Positions 1-13,222 of a DNA stretch of 64,000 nt are shown here, in pieces. Position 1 is the first letter of the stretch; each line of letters begins with the position of its first letter. The notes below the pieces were generated by a model. It was not told where the DNA came from. It saw only the letters and a program-made list of their open reading frames with translations, and did not search any database. The stretch spans positions 372,001-436,000 of the forward strand of contig CDLV01000009.1 of the NCBI GenBank assembly GCA_001244265.2, in the 5' to 3' direction. The position numbers and the translations under genes were made by a program. Origin of the DNA: Microbotryum violaceum. Lineage: Eukaryota.

Positions 1-43
1 ATGGTCGCCGCAAAGACCCATCGTCGAATCGGGTGGGTGGACG

Positions 44-761
44 TCATCCGGTAGAGATGCCTAAGGACTGAGCCTCCGCTGCATACCATTCCCCACGGGT
101 GCTCTTCAGCTCCATGAAAGCGAACACCTCGTTCAGCGTACAATAGTCCGCCAGCTTGAGCCCAGTTCTCGCCTCAATCGCCTCGATCTCCTGCTTTGTT
201 ATGGCCCACCTCCTCAGCTTATCCGCTGCCGCTCCATGCGGGAACAGTTGCGAAAGAGTATTCACTCGAAAGAGGTGAACGACGTCGGGGCAGTTGTCGT
301 TGGACGGGACCTGACCAGCGGAGGTGGGAAAGGGAACTTGAGAGTTGCAGCAGACCACGACTTTGGTTTGGCTGGACACTTGAGTATCGAAATGTCCGTA
401 ACATAAGTTGTGTGCTGCCGGGTTCAAAGAAAGAGTACATTGCAGGCGCATGTTTTACCCCGCGTAAAACGTCAGCAACGAAGATCTTGAAACCATCCTC
501 CGAACCCCACTTCTGGCCCGCCGACCATTGGACCCCTACCGCCAGCGCGTCGAGTTCGCTGTCGTCTGAGATGATGTAGGCTTTCAAGGCCTCTGACCGT
601 AGCACAAGCCCTTTGGTGTCGTGTTCGAGACGAGAAGCAGCGCGCCACTTGAGGTTTGTGTTGTGATCGAATGCCACCATCACAGTGGCGTAAGGACGCG
701 GTCTCGACCTCGGCAGGGGTCGCGGCGGCGGCGGCACGGAGTCGGAGTAGTTGGACGACGA
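44..761 (-). CDS. Hypothetical spliced protein; 5' end uncertain
   Basis: Two overlapping protein-like ORFs (219..737, 44..451) probably joined by an intron; a CTGAC...TAG acceptor lies near 762. No recognisable family. Confidence 0.4.
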
Positions 762-907
762 CTAGAGTCAGCGGCTGGGCCTCCGAATGAACTCCAAGAC
801 ACGCTGAATCGAAGCACTACAATGCCACTGCTCGGCGGATTCACTGGCAGAGTATGTAGAGGAGTGGCACAGACGAGGGGTCCAGGCTTAGGGCGTCGTT
901 AAAAGAA

Positions 908-993
908 CCGCGACTGATGACCGCGACTGATGTACTGATGTACTGATGACCGCGACGGTGACCGCGGCCGCGATGATGACCGCGACGATGACC
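908..993. repeat. Degenerate minisatellite (CGCGACTGATGAC / TACTGATG units)
   Basis: Tandem imperfect copies visible directly in the sequence. Confidence 0.85.
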
Positions 994-1911
994 ACTGCGG
1001 TCCAACGGCCTGTTAAGCCCAGCGTTAATTGGAAGCAGTGTTTACTCTGACAGGCAGATGGTTCGACAGAATACGTGCCCAGAAATTCGAATGTGTAATC
1101 AAGTGAGCCGAAAGAGCGCGAGCAATGGAGCGTGGCTGAGCGCTGAGGCCGAGGCTTGAGCCTTGAAGCTTGGCGCTTCCACCGCCTCGAGGTAAGCGTG
1201 TGAGCGCACGCGCCCCTGAAGGTTTGTCTGCTTACATAGACGCATCAGACCACGCTTGTGCCGCTTTCTAAGGACCCAACAGCATCGCTCGGAGAAGCGA
1301 TCAGACTGAATCCTCGATCCGGCTCACACTGGGAAATTATTCCCCCACAGTCAGCAAAAAGCGCCCATGGTAGTGGCGAGTCTCCCCGAGGACTCGAGCC
1401 GAACATGTCGCACGGAGGACAACTGAGCTTCGTGCTCCGTGCTCCGACTCGGTGAACCGCACAGCCAGTAATCGTCGACGTTCCCCACGCATGCCGTTTC
1501 TGCCTTCACGTGTGCAACCCGGGCCGCGCATCGCCCAAGCTGCCCAAAGATTGACGGAGGAGTCTGAGCATCAAACAAGTCGCGATCGGAGCGCGCTAAG
1601 GGAAACTCGGGAGTCACTCGACTTGAAAAACCTACCCCGCCGGGTTATATGAGTCTAACAGGGTTACCCAGAAGGTCGATTACATAATATATTAAAGTGA
1701 ATTCAGAATGGGAAAATCAACAATCTCAGCCGGTTCTTTCTCTCGGCCACTGGCAATGATTGTGATTTAGGCATTGCACGAGACCGCCGACCGAAATTCG
1801 ATCTCGGACGATTCGCGACGATTCGCGCCGCGACTTGTCTTGCCACTCAACAACTCTACATCTTGCTCTCCCCTGTCCCCTAGCCTTTCACACCTCAACT
1901 CTCGATTAACC

Positions 1912-2900
1912 AGTGAGTACTAGACTCATCCCCTCTCTGCACTTGTGGTTCTGCACTGATCGCCACCCATGACTCTTGCCTCCCATCTCGGCGACCTTTC
2001 GCCCTCGCTCGCTCACAGTGTCAACGACGTCACCGTCCGCTTCGGCCATCGTGCGCGCCGTCTTCAGCGTAAAGGGCCAATACGGTCTCATGCAAGTACC
2101 TGGCGATACCTTGCGGAATTGCCTCCTTCAAAATAAAATTTGAATTTTTGATTGTCCTTTCTCATTGTAGCCTCGGTACGGTGCTTGGCTCGACGATCTG
2201 GCACTCGTTCCTCGCCGGTCCCGTGAGTTTACGCACACGACCATAGACCTTCGAGTCCCCCCCACAACTCACCTTCCACATCTTACCGCGCCCTCCCCAG
2301 CTGGCCTACTCCCACCTCCCGCGCCAACAATTCGGCAACCTCCAATCCAAACTGTTTCCCCCCTTTTTCGCCCTCCAATCCGCCGGATCCTTGGCCTTGT
2401 TGGGGCTCTACAAGAGAGCAGGCCATGTCCTTTCACGACATGATTCGACGAGTTGGGTTCTCGGTGGGATGAGTGTGGCGGCTTTGTTGAACTTATTGTT
2501 GGTGGGACCTTGGACGACGGGTGAGTAAGGTAAAAACTTGGATCTGGCCGGGGGGGGTGATGAATCTGATCGTGTCCGGAAGTCTGCTCTCACAGCTATC
2601 ATGTTCCGTCGTCATCGCGTCGAACGTCTCGAAAACACGACCTACTCTGCACCTGACCCTTCCGTAAGTGAATATTCTCCCCCAATCGCTCCGATCTTTT
2701 TCGGCTCGAAAACCTTTGCCAAATGCCCGCCCGCCCTCTGACAAATTTTCTCTTTGCCCCTTACACAGTCCAAGATGAAGTCGCTCAACAGGCGCTTCGC
2801 GATCGCGCATTCCGTCTCGTCCCTACTCAATCTCGGGTTTGTGTTCGCCGTCGTTGGGCATGCGGCTTGGATCGCTCAGAATGGGCTTACGATGGTGTAA
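1912..2900 (+). CDS. TMEM205 / DUF4149 family membrane protein
   Basis: Spliced translation MSTTSPSASAIVRAVFSVKGQYGLILGTVLGSTIWHSFLAGP-LAYSHLPRQQFGNLQSKLFP...NLLLVGPWTT...KSLNRRFAIAHSVSSLLNL. The LPRxQFGxLQxKLFP and FxxxHxxSSLxNL motifs are typical of the family. Confidence 0.85.
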
Positions 2901-3235
2901 CCGAGAAAGCCCCGATCGAACGCTGGATTGAGAGGAGGAGCAAGCTTTGTTTCTAATAAAATGACAGCCCGAGGAGGCTAGTAACTTTGTTGAGACGCTA
3001 TTGTACACGCTGACAAGCTATCATGTAACCGCACTGCTTGATGAAGACCTCTGACTGTCTGGTGGTGCGTATTCCCAGCAAAGCAATTCGTCGCTCGAAA
3101 GAGAAAGGGGAGAGTCCCCTTTTGGCACGTTTGCTTTCTGAATTGATCATGTCAACAATGGGATTTACCCTCGAGCCTTCTTCTTCGTTTCGCCTCATTC
3201 TACTCTGAAACTCTGCAGTTCCGAGTCGACTGATC

Positions 3236-4045
3236 TCACATCAGCCCCTTGCCCCTTCTCTCCCAATCCCTCATCCCCCCCATCCCCGACCCAACCCTCT
3301 GCTCCAATGCGCCTCGCATTCCCAAAAACCTCTCCGACAAGGCTCCGACATTCTTTCTCGTCTGCCCGCTCACTGCAAGTGACGAAGAAGGAACGGGAGG
3401 TAATCCGATCGCGGTTCCTTTGGCGATTTCCAACTCGGCCCATTCGCGCATGGTGAGCCCGTCGGTACGAATGACGGTGCCGATCGACATGAAGAAGCCG
3501 AAACTAGATTATCAAAAAGAGAAAAGTTCAACTCAGCGGTCGGGAATCAAATCGGAGATTTCTTTTTGTTGGATCCATAGCCCCGCAGCGGGTTTCAATT
3601 TGGAAGGTGGTTGGTTCACTTACGTCGCTGCAGAACTCAACATGTACGTCGACAGACTGGGCAAGAAACCTCTCGGTCCTGCGCCGTTACGAAGGATCGC
3701 GAACGATCCGAACAAAAACCCGATGGTGAGGCCGACCCTATTACGAAAGAGATGGAGCAGGGGCAGGTGGAGGTTAGTCAGGTGAGATCGGGTAGTGAAG
3801 GGGAGGGACAGAGAGGGACGAAGATGCGTACATGGTTCCCATCGTGGCTCCCATCTTGACTAGGTAGGGGAAGGCAACGTCAGTGAGTGGAATTTGCCGT
3901 AGTATGAACACAAGTCCGCGGGGAAGTGCCGCATGCCAAGTGGGGAGGAGGGGGGAAACTCCGTCATGGCGAGAGAGAACGTACGCTTGGACCAGACAGA
4001 GGGCTCTTCAGCTCCTGGAGGAAGCGCTTTAGGAGGAGGTGGCAT
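3236..4045 (-). CDS. MGR2: Mgr2/ROMO1 mitochondrial TIM23-associated protein (4 exons)
   Basis: Spliced MPPPP...SVWSKLKMGATMGTMVGLTIGFLFGSFAILRNGAGPRG...YMLSSAATFGFFMSIGTVIR, the Romo1 family signature. Confidence 0.9.
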
Positions 4046-4363
4046 CGTACAGGTTCAAACTGGCGGGAAGGGCGGGTGCGATGGACGGATAAAGTTGGCG
4101 TGTGGGGCGGCAGAGAAAGGAACGAAAGAAAAAACGGAGCCGCTCAGATTTTTTTGATGACTAGCACCGTCTGTAACACCACGCGAGACCACGCGCTGGA
4201 ATTGTAATGAGAGCTTCGCACCAGTTTGACTCGCACCACGTCAGCCCCACTCTGAACTCACTTTCAACTCATATACACCCCGACTGGCTCTACGGGTACG
4301 ATGCCTCATCCGACCCAACAGTAATCAGTACCAGTTGGACGCACACCGTCATTGCAAAGGTGC

Positions 4364-6651
4364 ATGTGGGGCCGCCGCTTGCTCATCACCACCTCCAGTG
4401 TCCGTCTCTGCCGATTCACGTCCACTCGCCAACTCCCAGCTCCACTTTCATCCCGACCACCAACACCCCTTTACCCTCAGTTCCGCATGTCATCCTCCAC
4501 CTGTTCACCCCATCCACATGTCCCCTCGACCTCCACCTCTTCGACCGCCGTGATCCAGCTCACGCCAGACGAAGCGCACCTGTGCTCCCTACTCGTCTCC
4601 TGCGCCGACTGGGTTGACTCGAACCCCCAACTCGTCGATGCCTTGCGTCTCAAGGACCTCTCCACGGGGAAATGGATCGGCAAGACGAGGGGGGACGAAC
4701 CTGTTGAATTGAGAATCGCTGGCGGTTGGGTTAGAGATAAGGTTCGTCTTTGGACTTGAGGCAGGGTTTTCCATAAAAAAAGAATCGAGCAATTGACCCC
4801 CTTTTCCCGCCTCGCTTTAGCTTTTGGGGCTCACATCGGATGATATCGACGTGTCGACGTCACCTGATCCTATCACGGGGCTGAAATTCGCAACCTTGTT
4901 CGAGCAATACCTCGCTTCGATTGGTCAACGCGATTTGGTACGTCTTCTCGGATACCGACCCCAAGATCTCGTCAGGCCATTGAGCGCTCCCTCGTATTTC
5001 TCAGATGGGTCGTCTGACCAAGATCGAGGCCAAGCCCGAACAATCGAAACATTTGGAAACTGCGACGGCCAAAGTCTGTGGCCTGTCCGTCGACTGGGTT
5101 CAACAGAGGGGGCAGGAGGTCTACACTCAAGGCAGCAGGATACCGACTGTGGTAAGCTTTGTCTGTTTATTTCCAAGCTTCGCGGGGTCGCATAACTCAC
5201 ATTCGTTACAACCGTACACGCGTGTACCAGGAGTTTGGTACCCCACTCGAGGATGCCGAACGCCGCGACCTAACCATCAACGCGCTCTTCTACAACCTGC
5301 GCACCCAACAAATTGAAGACCAAACCCAAAAAGGCCTCGCCGACCTCGGCCTAGTCCCAGGCCAGCCCAAACGCATCCGAACGCCTCTTGAATCCTTCCG
5401 AACGTTCCATGATGATCCTTTGAGGGTGATCAGGGCCGTCCGATTCGCGGCGAGGTTTGGGGACACGTTCGAGCTGGATACGGCCTTGGTCGAGGCCATC
5501 AAAAGGGATGAGATTAGGGCGGCTTTGAGGGATCCGAAGAAGATTAGTCGCGAGAGGGTCGGGATCGAGTTGGATAAGATGCTGATGGGTCAGTACGGTA
5601 TCCAAAAAGCCTGCTCGTCTAGCCATGTTTCTGACGCATTCCCTTCCCTTTCGTGCGTCGATCAGGCAAAGATCCACATCTCGCCATGAAGTTGATCATG
5701 TCACTTGACCTGCACGAGCTCATCTTTTACTACGACGCATCGGTGATCCCTACATCGACCTCTTCTGAACCTCAGCTCCCTCTCAACTCTGTGATCGAAG
5801 CCTCCTCAACCCTCACAACTTTGCTCGATCCTTCCTTCGCCTCCGCTTTACACCCCTTACTACGCCTCCGCGTTGTACCCCTCGACCCAACCCTTATCAA
5901 CCCACACTTCCCCACCCCCACCCCACCAATGTCTCCCCCCTCCCCACCCCTAGACCACTTCCCCATTTACCCGCACACCAAACGTCGCCTTTACCTCGCC
6001 TGCGCCCTCGTCCCTTTCACCTCCCAACACCTCACCGACACCAAAGGCAAGACGCTTTCCGTCGCCGAAAAAATCGTCCGCGATGGTCTCAAATGGTCAT
6101 CGAACGATGCGCTATGGGTTCGGAAAGTGATGGAAGCGCAGGAACCTATCCGGGAGATGGTAGAACGATCGGAAGGGGATTGGAAGAGGGAGCAAGTGGG
6201 TTTATTGTTAAGGGGTTTGAACGTCGATGACCGAGGTCATACGAGGTGGAATGTCTCACTCCTCTGGTCCTTGGTTTACGAATTCACCAAGTTCCGATGC
6301 GCTCGTCCGGAATGGTCGAAAGAACAAAAGTACGAAAGTTTGCATTCGTTGATCACGAGATACAATGCCTTCGTCGTTCACACCCTTGAATCGGGTCTCG
6401 ATACTCAAGCTTTCGAACCCCCCATCTTGGACGGCAAAACTGTCAATGCACTTTTACCCCAATCCAAGAACTCTCCCGCGATGGTCAAGATCCTCGAAAT
6501 GGTCGTCAAGCGACAATTGACCTATCCCGAGGCGACGGAGGAAGAAATTTCACAATGGTTGACGGAGGATCCGGAGGCGCAGGAAGAGGTGGAGACGGCG
6601 TTGAAGAGTTTTGAGAAGAAGAGGGTCGTGAAGAAGAAAGGGGCCAAGTGA
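4364..6651 (+). CDS. CCA1: CCA-adding tRNA nucleotidyltransferase (class II)
   Basis: Motifs RIAGGWVRDK, SDDIDV, EQSKHLETA, GTPLEDAERRDLTINALFYN, DDPLRVIRAVRFAARF, KISRERVGIELDKML across exons. Confidence 0.95.
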
Positions 6652-6960
6652 GAGAAAACGTGTTCTGCAATCACAACTCGCATATTTCGCAGCATGTGAA
6701 GTGAAGACGAGAGTAAAAAGAGAAATGTCTTTGGGATTGCGAGTGCAGCATTAATCATCAGAAAAGAGGAGAGATCGAGAAATGCTGTACTAAAAGGTAC
6801 GGCTGGGGAAAGAGAGCTACTAGACAATACACTACTGATGACACAAATAGACAGAACAGGCTATTGTAACGTGACTGGCGACAGGAGCCAGAAGAGAAAG
6901 GCGTAGGGCAGGGAGGAGGAATTCACCTTAGTACTCGCGACGCGACCGACTATCATTGTA

Positions 6961-8780
6961 TCATCGAACGAGCTTGAATTCCCCGGCGGTGGCAGTAAGG
7001 ACGTAGAGCTCGTAACGGGAGATGAAGAAGTTGGCGAGCGAGCTGTACCAAAACGAGGTATAGGCGAACTTCCATGACGTCTCACGCGAGACCGAAGGCC
7101 AGTCGTCCTCAATCTGTTCGCGCAGCTTGAGGAACTCGGCCGTACGGTCCGTCAGAATCGCCTTGACGCCCCATTTGGTCGCTTCGATCATCTCGCGGCG
7201 CTCGTTGACGGTCCAGACGTCTGCATGAAATTGGGGAAGAGGACAAGAGTCAGAGAGTCATCCAAGGTCCAATAATTACCAATGCCCTGCCAGCTCACAG
7301 AGATCCTTGCCAGCGGCCTTGCATTCGCGTCGGAACGCCTCGCCGTCTCCACCGACCAAACAAGAAAAGTTCATTGAAAAGGACGAGCACGCCTCCCAAA
7401 AGTACTTGCGCGCCAAGCCGGGGCTCAACCCAATATGGGCTCGCTTCATGTAAGGCAACAACCGCACAGCCGGCTCGACGTATTTGGGGTGCCACAGGCC
7501 GAGGACGAGGCGAGGGCCGAGCACGGTCTCGTAGTCGGGGTATTGGGCGATGATCTCATGCATGAGCTTGAAGAGGCGCTCGGGATCATTGTCAACCTTG
7601 ACGTCAATGTTGAGGAAGACGGATCGGTTATCGGGGCGCATCAACAACTCGATCGTCTCTCGGAACGTGGGGATCTAGAGGCGGGGGCAAGTTCTTCGTC
7701 AGTCACTGAAACCCATAGTGGCGCGCGCGCGGCTCGGCCCACGCGCGGACCGCCGACTCCCAAGACCGACCCACTTTTTGCTGAGGCGACTTGTTGGTCA
7801 CAAGCTTGTCCAGGACGCCATAGTACTTTTGGGTTTGAATGCGACCGGTTCCGTTCGTGGTGCGGTCTGTTGGAATGAAAATGGACACGCAGGCGCATGG
7901 GTATGCATCCTCCAAAGAGAGGGGGGGAGCAGACGAGGGGCTTATGCCCTCGACGAACCAAGATGGGGGTCATGAAACATGACAATTTCCGAGTCTTCGG
8001 TGATGTGAACATCTGTGGGGCGGGCAAGCCAAATGAAAAGAGCGCGCGATCAATTGCGAAAGATGCCGAAGAAGGGAAGGGGCGTGGGTCAGCTCATGTG
8101 ATCTCCAGACAAATACGGGACGGGTGATCGTCAGGGGCGCGCGCGCGGGACATGGAGGCCCAGGTCACGCGGCCGCCAGACCATGGATCAATGAACCACA
8201 CCGCCTCGCGCATCCCAGGACGGAAAAGTCGCCGAAGTAGCGCAGTGTAGTCCGTTCGGCCTCGTCATCGCAATGGACCTGTCCCACCCGTCGCGACAAA
8301 CCCAAGCGTGTTCGGCGAGATGAGAGCCGGGCCCGGGGCTGACAACCACCGCTCCGAGCCGGAGTCCCCGAGTCGCGACTTGCCTGACTCAATACCCTCG
8401 GCGCCATCTCGGATCGCCGCCTCAAAGCTGTCGACATGGTGCAAATTGATGCGCAAGTCAGGACGCGTCCCAGATCAATGAGAGTAAGTTTAGTGCCACG
8501 TACCTGGCCAAAGTGTTCTCGGGGAACGCCGCAGAGGCCTGCAAAACCCGAAATAGGAACGCGGAAAGGGCGAGGGCAGGGGGGCACGTGTTGCGAGAGG
8601 GCGCGCGCGCGGGAACAAGCTTGCGTCGTCAGCTTGCGAACCCGTGTCGGCGATAGGACGACACGCGACTGAGAACACACTTACACCTCGGTGACCCCAG
8701 CATGAGGGAAGTTGGCCTTCGTAGCTGCCTTTCTTGATCAAGGGCGGCTTGACGGGAGCGCGGACAGTGGCGGTGGCCAT
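6961..8780 (-). CDS. Glycerophosphodiester phosphodiesterase (GDPD), Pgc1-like
   Basis: Spliced WGHRG-ASAAFPENTLASFEAAIRDGAEGIESDVHITEDSEIVMFHD...LDRTTNGTG...NIDVK...VWTVNERREM...WGVKAILTD. Confidence 0.9.
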
Positions 8781-9944
8781 GGTCGTCGGACGAACGAGTC
8801 GAGTAGTGCTGCTCGGCGTGCGATAGTGAGCGCGAGCTCGAGCGAGATATCGGGTGGTGGCGCGGGCAGCGATCGCACCAGAGACGGGGGCCAATGTGAA
8901 GTGAAGAAGATGGCAGTCGACCAATGGAGTTAGACTGGTAAGGCGCGTTGTGTGTAAAGCTGGGAGGGGACAAAGGCGGTGTTGCGAGAGTGGTGAGGAG
9001 AAAGAAGAGGGCGGCACGGCTGCCGAGTTCCAACGCGATGAACGTTTCATCAAAGCAGCAGCACTTCAAATAGCGCCCCCGCGCCTGGCCGACCGGAGCC
9101 GAGCTCAGCCGAGAGAAAACCCCTCGCCCGACGGAATTAGAAGTGGGTCGCAATTCACAATCGCCGAATCAAGCGTTATACCGGCCTTGAGCGACATAGT
9201 GTCTCCTGTTCATCTAGTTTCCACCAAGTAGCATAGTCAGTCTACTTGCGTCAAGAACGTGCCCCCGTGCTCACGCGTTGTGTCGCGTAAGTAGTAAATT
9301 AAAGCTGAGGTCGGTGGCGCACCCCACACGTGCGTCGTTCCGCGGCGATGTCTCAGTGTGTGATCTGTTCGCGTGCCCTCGTGTCTCAAGGCTAGAAATT
9401 GTGCGGTCACCACCAGCAGCACGGTCAAGATTATGTATTGCACTACTGTAACGCCTCACATTCGCCCTTCTCTCGCGAAGTACGCCGACGGCGACCGCCG
9501 GCTGGCTGACTGCCACCACTCGACGTATCCTCCCGAGCCGACGACCCCGGGCCATGAGCCCCTGAGTTCAGGAGCATGCCTCGAAGATGGAGGAGCTCAT
9601 GTTTGACACATTCCACTCTTGGCGAGGTGTCGGAACGTGTCAGAAGTGTCTAAGGAAAACAGGCATTCTGGTCTTTTTCGTTGCCCTTGATGACTGCAGT
9701 GAGGTCACCCAGCTGACTCCGGGTCCGAAGTGTAGGACTGGATTGGTCAGCATGCGACTCGTGGCCGAGGGCCAAGTGGAGGCTGGAAGGGCTGCCGCCA
9801 GAGGGCCGGGTCGACGACACCCGCAGAGCGCGCACTTCTCGCCTTCCTTGAGTCCTGATTGCTCTGTTGCTCAGGACCCCCACACTGCCGTTCCACAAGC
9901 ACCTCTCAACAATACTATTTACAGCTTCAAAAAGCTCCGCCACC

Positions 9945-10470
9945 ATGGTCAAAGTTCTCATCAATGGCACCGTCATCGCCGAGAGTGACAAGACGACGAC
10001 GGCCGATGGTAACCATGTCAGTGTGGAGCGTCATTGCGGGCTTTATTGCTGACCAAGCATCGTGTCGGAAGGCGTCGCGGAGCCAAACTGACCACTTGAA
10101 ACCGATTTATTGACCTTTGAACTTTAATCCCAACAGTACTTGTAAGTTCCCACAGGCTTCGAAGCGCTTCACAACCCTGCCACTGAAAGAATTGATGTGG
10201 GGCTCCATACTCATCTGAGTCCGATCTTTCCCACCGTCATATCACAGCCCTCGCGAGGCGCTCAAGCAAGAGTACTTCAAGCCCTCCGCAAGGAATCTAC
10301 ACACCACTTGTCCTTGGAAGGGTGAGGCGTCGTATTGGGACATAGACGTCGGTGATGGCAAGGTCATGAGCGATGCGGCGTGGTACTACCCCAAGGCCAT
10401 CACCGACCGTGCCAAGGATTTAGAGGGTCGTACGGCATTCTACAAAAACAAGGTGCAGATTGTCGAGTAA
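9945..10470 (+). CDS. DUF427 family protein
   Basis: MVKVLINGTVIAESDKTTTADGNH-YF-PREALK...HTTCPWKGEASYWDI...DAAWYYPKA...AFYKNKVQIVE*; includes a 5-nt micro-exon at 10137-10141. Confidence 0.9.
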
Positions 10471-10694
10471 GGCGATATACTTTTCGTAGCGATCATCTGC
10501 AGCCCAACAATTCTGAACTATAGTGCCCGTCAATGATTGAGCCTGGTCCAAAGTCAGAAGCAGAATGTCAGGGGGCACCAAGCACAGAACTAATCTACAC
10601 AAAGGGTAATCTCGTCGTTATTGGACCAAATCGGACTCCAGATGACACGAATACGTATCCAGAGCACTAAGATGAATGGCGCATGCTCGGTCAA

Positions 10695-13222
10695 CTACTG
10701 CGACTCCTTCGACTCCTCCTTCTTCTCCGCGTGCTCCTCCTCCAGCTCCTTTTGTTCCTCCGTCGCGTGCTCCGCGATCCTCTTCTCCTCGAGCTTGAGA
10801 CCTCGTTCGAAAGCCCTCTGGATGAGGGCAACTCCTCTTTCCGTCCTCTCGTTCTCAGTCATGTCCTCGACCTTCTTCCCTTCGCCGGGCAGCTTATCCG
10901 TCAACTTGCGCCGGTGTTTCCTGCCCCTATCCTCCTCATCAAACTCCGAATGGGGATCCGAAGAAGACGAGTCCTCATCCTGCTTCTTTTCCATTTCCAC
11001 GCGTTGGTTCTGCACCAGTTTCTCCTCCTTCTCCCTCTCCTCCTTCTTCTCTTCTTCCTCCGTCTTGCCCATCCCCAACCCAGCCTTAATCTTATCCTTG
11101 AGCGAGGCCTTCTTCTTCGAGAACTTGCCGTACTTCTCTAACGCCCGGATCGTAAGGACGCTCTTGGAGATGGAAACGGAGCTCATATCGACGTTGCGTT
11201 CTTCGAGGCTCCGAACGAAGGCTTTGAAATGCATCGTCCCAGCTCGGTAGTGGCCCGATAGAGGGGAGAGACTGGTCAGGCTGCCGTTGTCGACTTTGAT
11301 CAAGCCGGCCGACATGACGCGCGCGCCGTAGAGGATCGACGAATGTTGCAGCTTGCCAGTGACCTTAAGACTGACGTACAGGTTTCCCTGGAGGATGGGA
11401 AATATAGATTATGTGTTAGCATGGACACGCGCAACGTCAACTCCGTCCCAACAGGTCCCATCACGAGAGCTTGCCTTGAGATCGGCAACATATAGCCACC
11501 TAGAAGAACCCATATGGGAGAAATGTTTCGAGAGTTTGGTAAATGCGTCCACGTCTGGTCGGGTGCTAGGTCTTTTTTCGAGGAGAAGGAAAGGGGGAAT
11601 GGGAAATTAGCTTACGTGTTCTTGCTGACTGTCTTGCGCAGCATTTGGTCCGCCACCGCTCGCGGGCTGGTATAGTAAGAGACTCGCGCTTTGAACTGTC
11701 CGACGCCTTTGCCTGAGCCGGCCGTTCCCCCCTTGTAAGAGAATCGAGTGTCTAGGATTAGCTTTTGCGTGAACGGGATATATACATGAGAAGCGCGGAC
11801 CGACCTTGTCATCGTAGGGCTGAGCACCCTCAAAGATCTCCTCCGCTTCGTCGCTCGAGCTCGAGCTCGAACTCGACGAGCTGCTATCGACCTCTTTGCC
11901 GCCGTTGTCCCGAATCTTTCTCCTCTTCTCCTTCGCCTCTTTCTCCTTCTCCTCATATTCCTCCTTTGATATCTTGACGATGCCCGTCTCGGGTCCACCG
12001 TCCTTGTGGAACTTGCTCGTATCGACGGGTTCGTCGTTCCGAGCCCAGACCAACTTGCCCTCGTCCGTGACGCGGACAAGATAGTTCTTGCGTGTCTCTG
12101 CGGTCAAGTACGTAATACTTTCCTTCTCAAGTCGTGCCCGAGGGCATTGCTCCAGATCGAGCTCTTTGCCCGGTCCTTCGTCGAGCCACTTGAAAAAGTT
12201 CATGGGCGAGTCACTCTCGTTCCATGCTTTGTGGTACCACTGTAGGCGCGTACGTCAACCGGTCAGATTGCGTTCTTCACACAAGCTGGGAGCTGGACTG
12301 GTACCTACCTTGAGATTGGTCCCGTACCGATGCTTGGCGTCGACCATCTCGAGCCAGTACTGCGCCTGCATCTGCTGACTAATTTCTCGCTCATCCCTGA
12401 TCCGCTTGCGCTCTTTCTTGTTCTGAGAATGCCGAAAATGCAGTCGAAATGATGAGTGCACGATCCATAATATGGACATGTGGCGAGTGAACTAACTCTC
12501 CCAAAGCGCTTCATCTCTTCCGCTTCGGTCAACTCGAGAGCCCCCTTCTTCGCATGCTGGCCTTCGGACAACTTGGCGGCATAGACTTCGGACCGCTTCC
12601 ATCGCGAGGCTGTGCAAGACATGATCAGTATAAGCATCCCTGCAAGCTACTAAATTCGGGAGTTCATGCCATATCAGAAGCGGCACTCACTCGCATCGTT
12701 CACACCATCGTCTTGCTCCTTGCCGGCGCCGGATAGTTTCCTGGCTCGCATGCCTTCAGTCCATCGTTCCGAGCTCGTTAGGTTGAGCGGTCGACCAGCC
12801 CTGTCAGCAGTAGTAATGGCGTGAGTATATGCGTGCAAGATAATCCGTGACTTGCGCGATTGAATCGGAATCAACCCCCAGCCCGTGGCACGAGCTTTGT
12901 CGAGTCGTGGAGTCGAACGGCTCAAAATACAGTGGTGGGCTCTTATCATGTGATCCCAGCCATAAAAGCACGGGACTGCCCCCAAGAACACCACCCCATC
13001 CGAGTTCGAACAATCCCCAGCCCAAAAGTACCTATACCGATTTTGCAACACCTTGGTCGCTCTCTCCCTCTCCTGATCATCGCCCTCGGTCTGTTGTTCA
13101 AGCTGCTTGCGTCGGTCCGCGACTCGTTGTTCGACTTCCGAGGCCGCTTTGCGAATGTCGGCGATCGAGGCGTGGGCGTAGTCAAACGGCGCCTTGCGGG
13201 GGACCGCGTTCTCGGTTGGCAT
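10695..13222 (-). CDS. IQ-motif-containing (IQM-like) protein
   Basis: ATKVLQNRYR IQ-like segment, QYWLEMVDAKHRYGTNL, NFFKWLDEGPGKELDLEQCPRARLEKESITYL, FQHSSI, SAGLIKVDNGSLTSLSPLSGHYR. Confidence 0.85.

Noticed and set aside
908-993. Repeated CTGATGA resembling a hammerhead ribozyme core or snoRNA box C
   Set aside because: No GAAA partner or flanking stems seen; explained as a minisatellite.
9237-9443. Minus ORF with a signal-peptide-like start (MQYIILTVLLVV...)
   Set aside because: Starts at GTG rather than ATG, with no other coding support.
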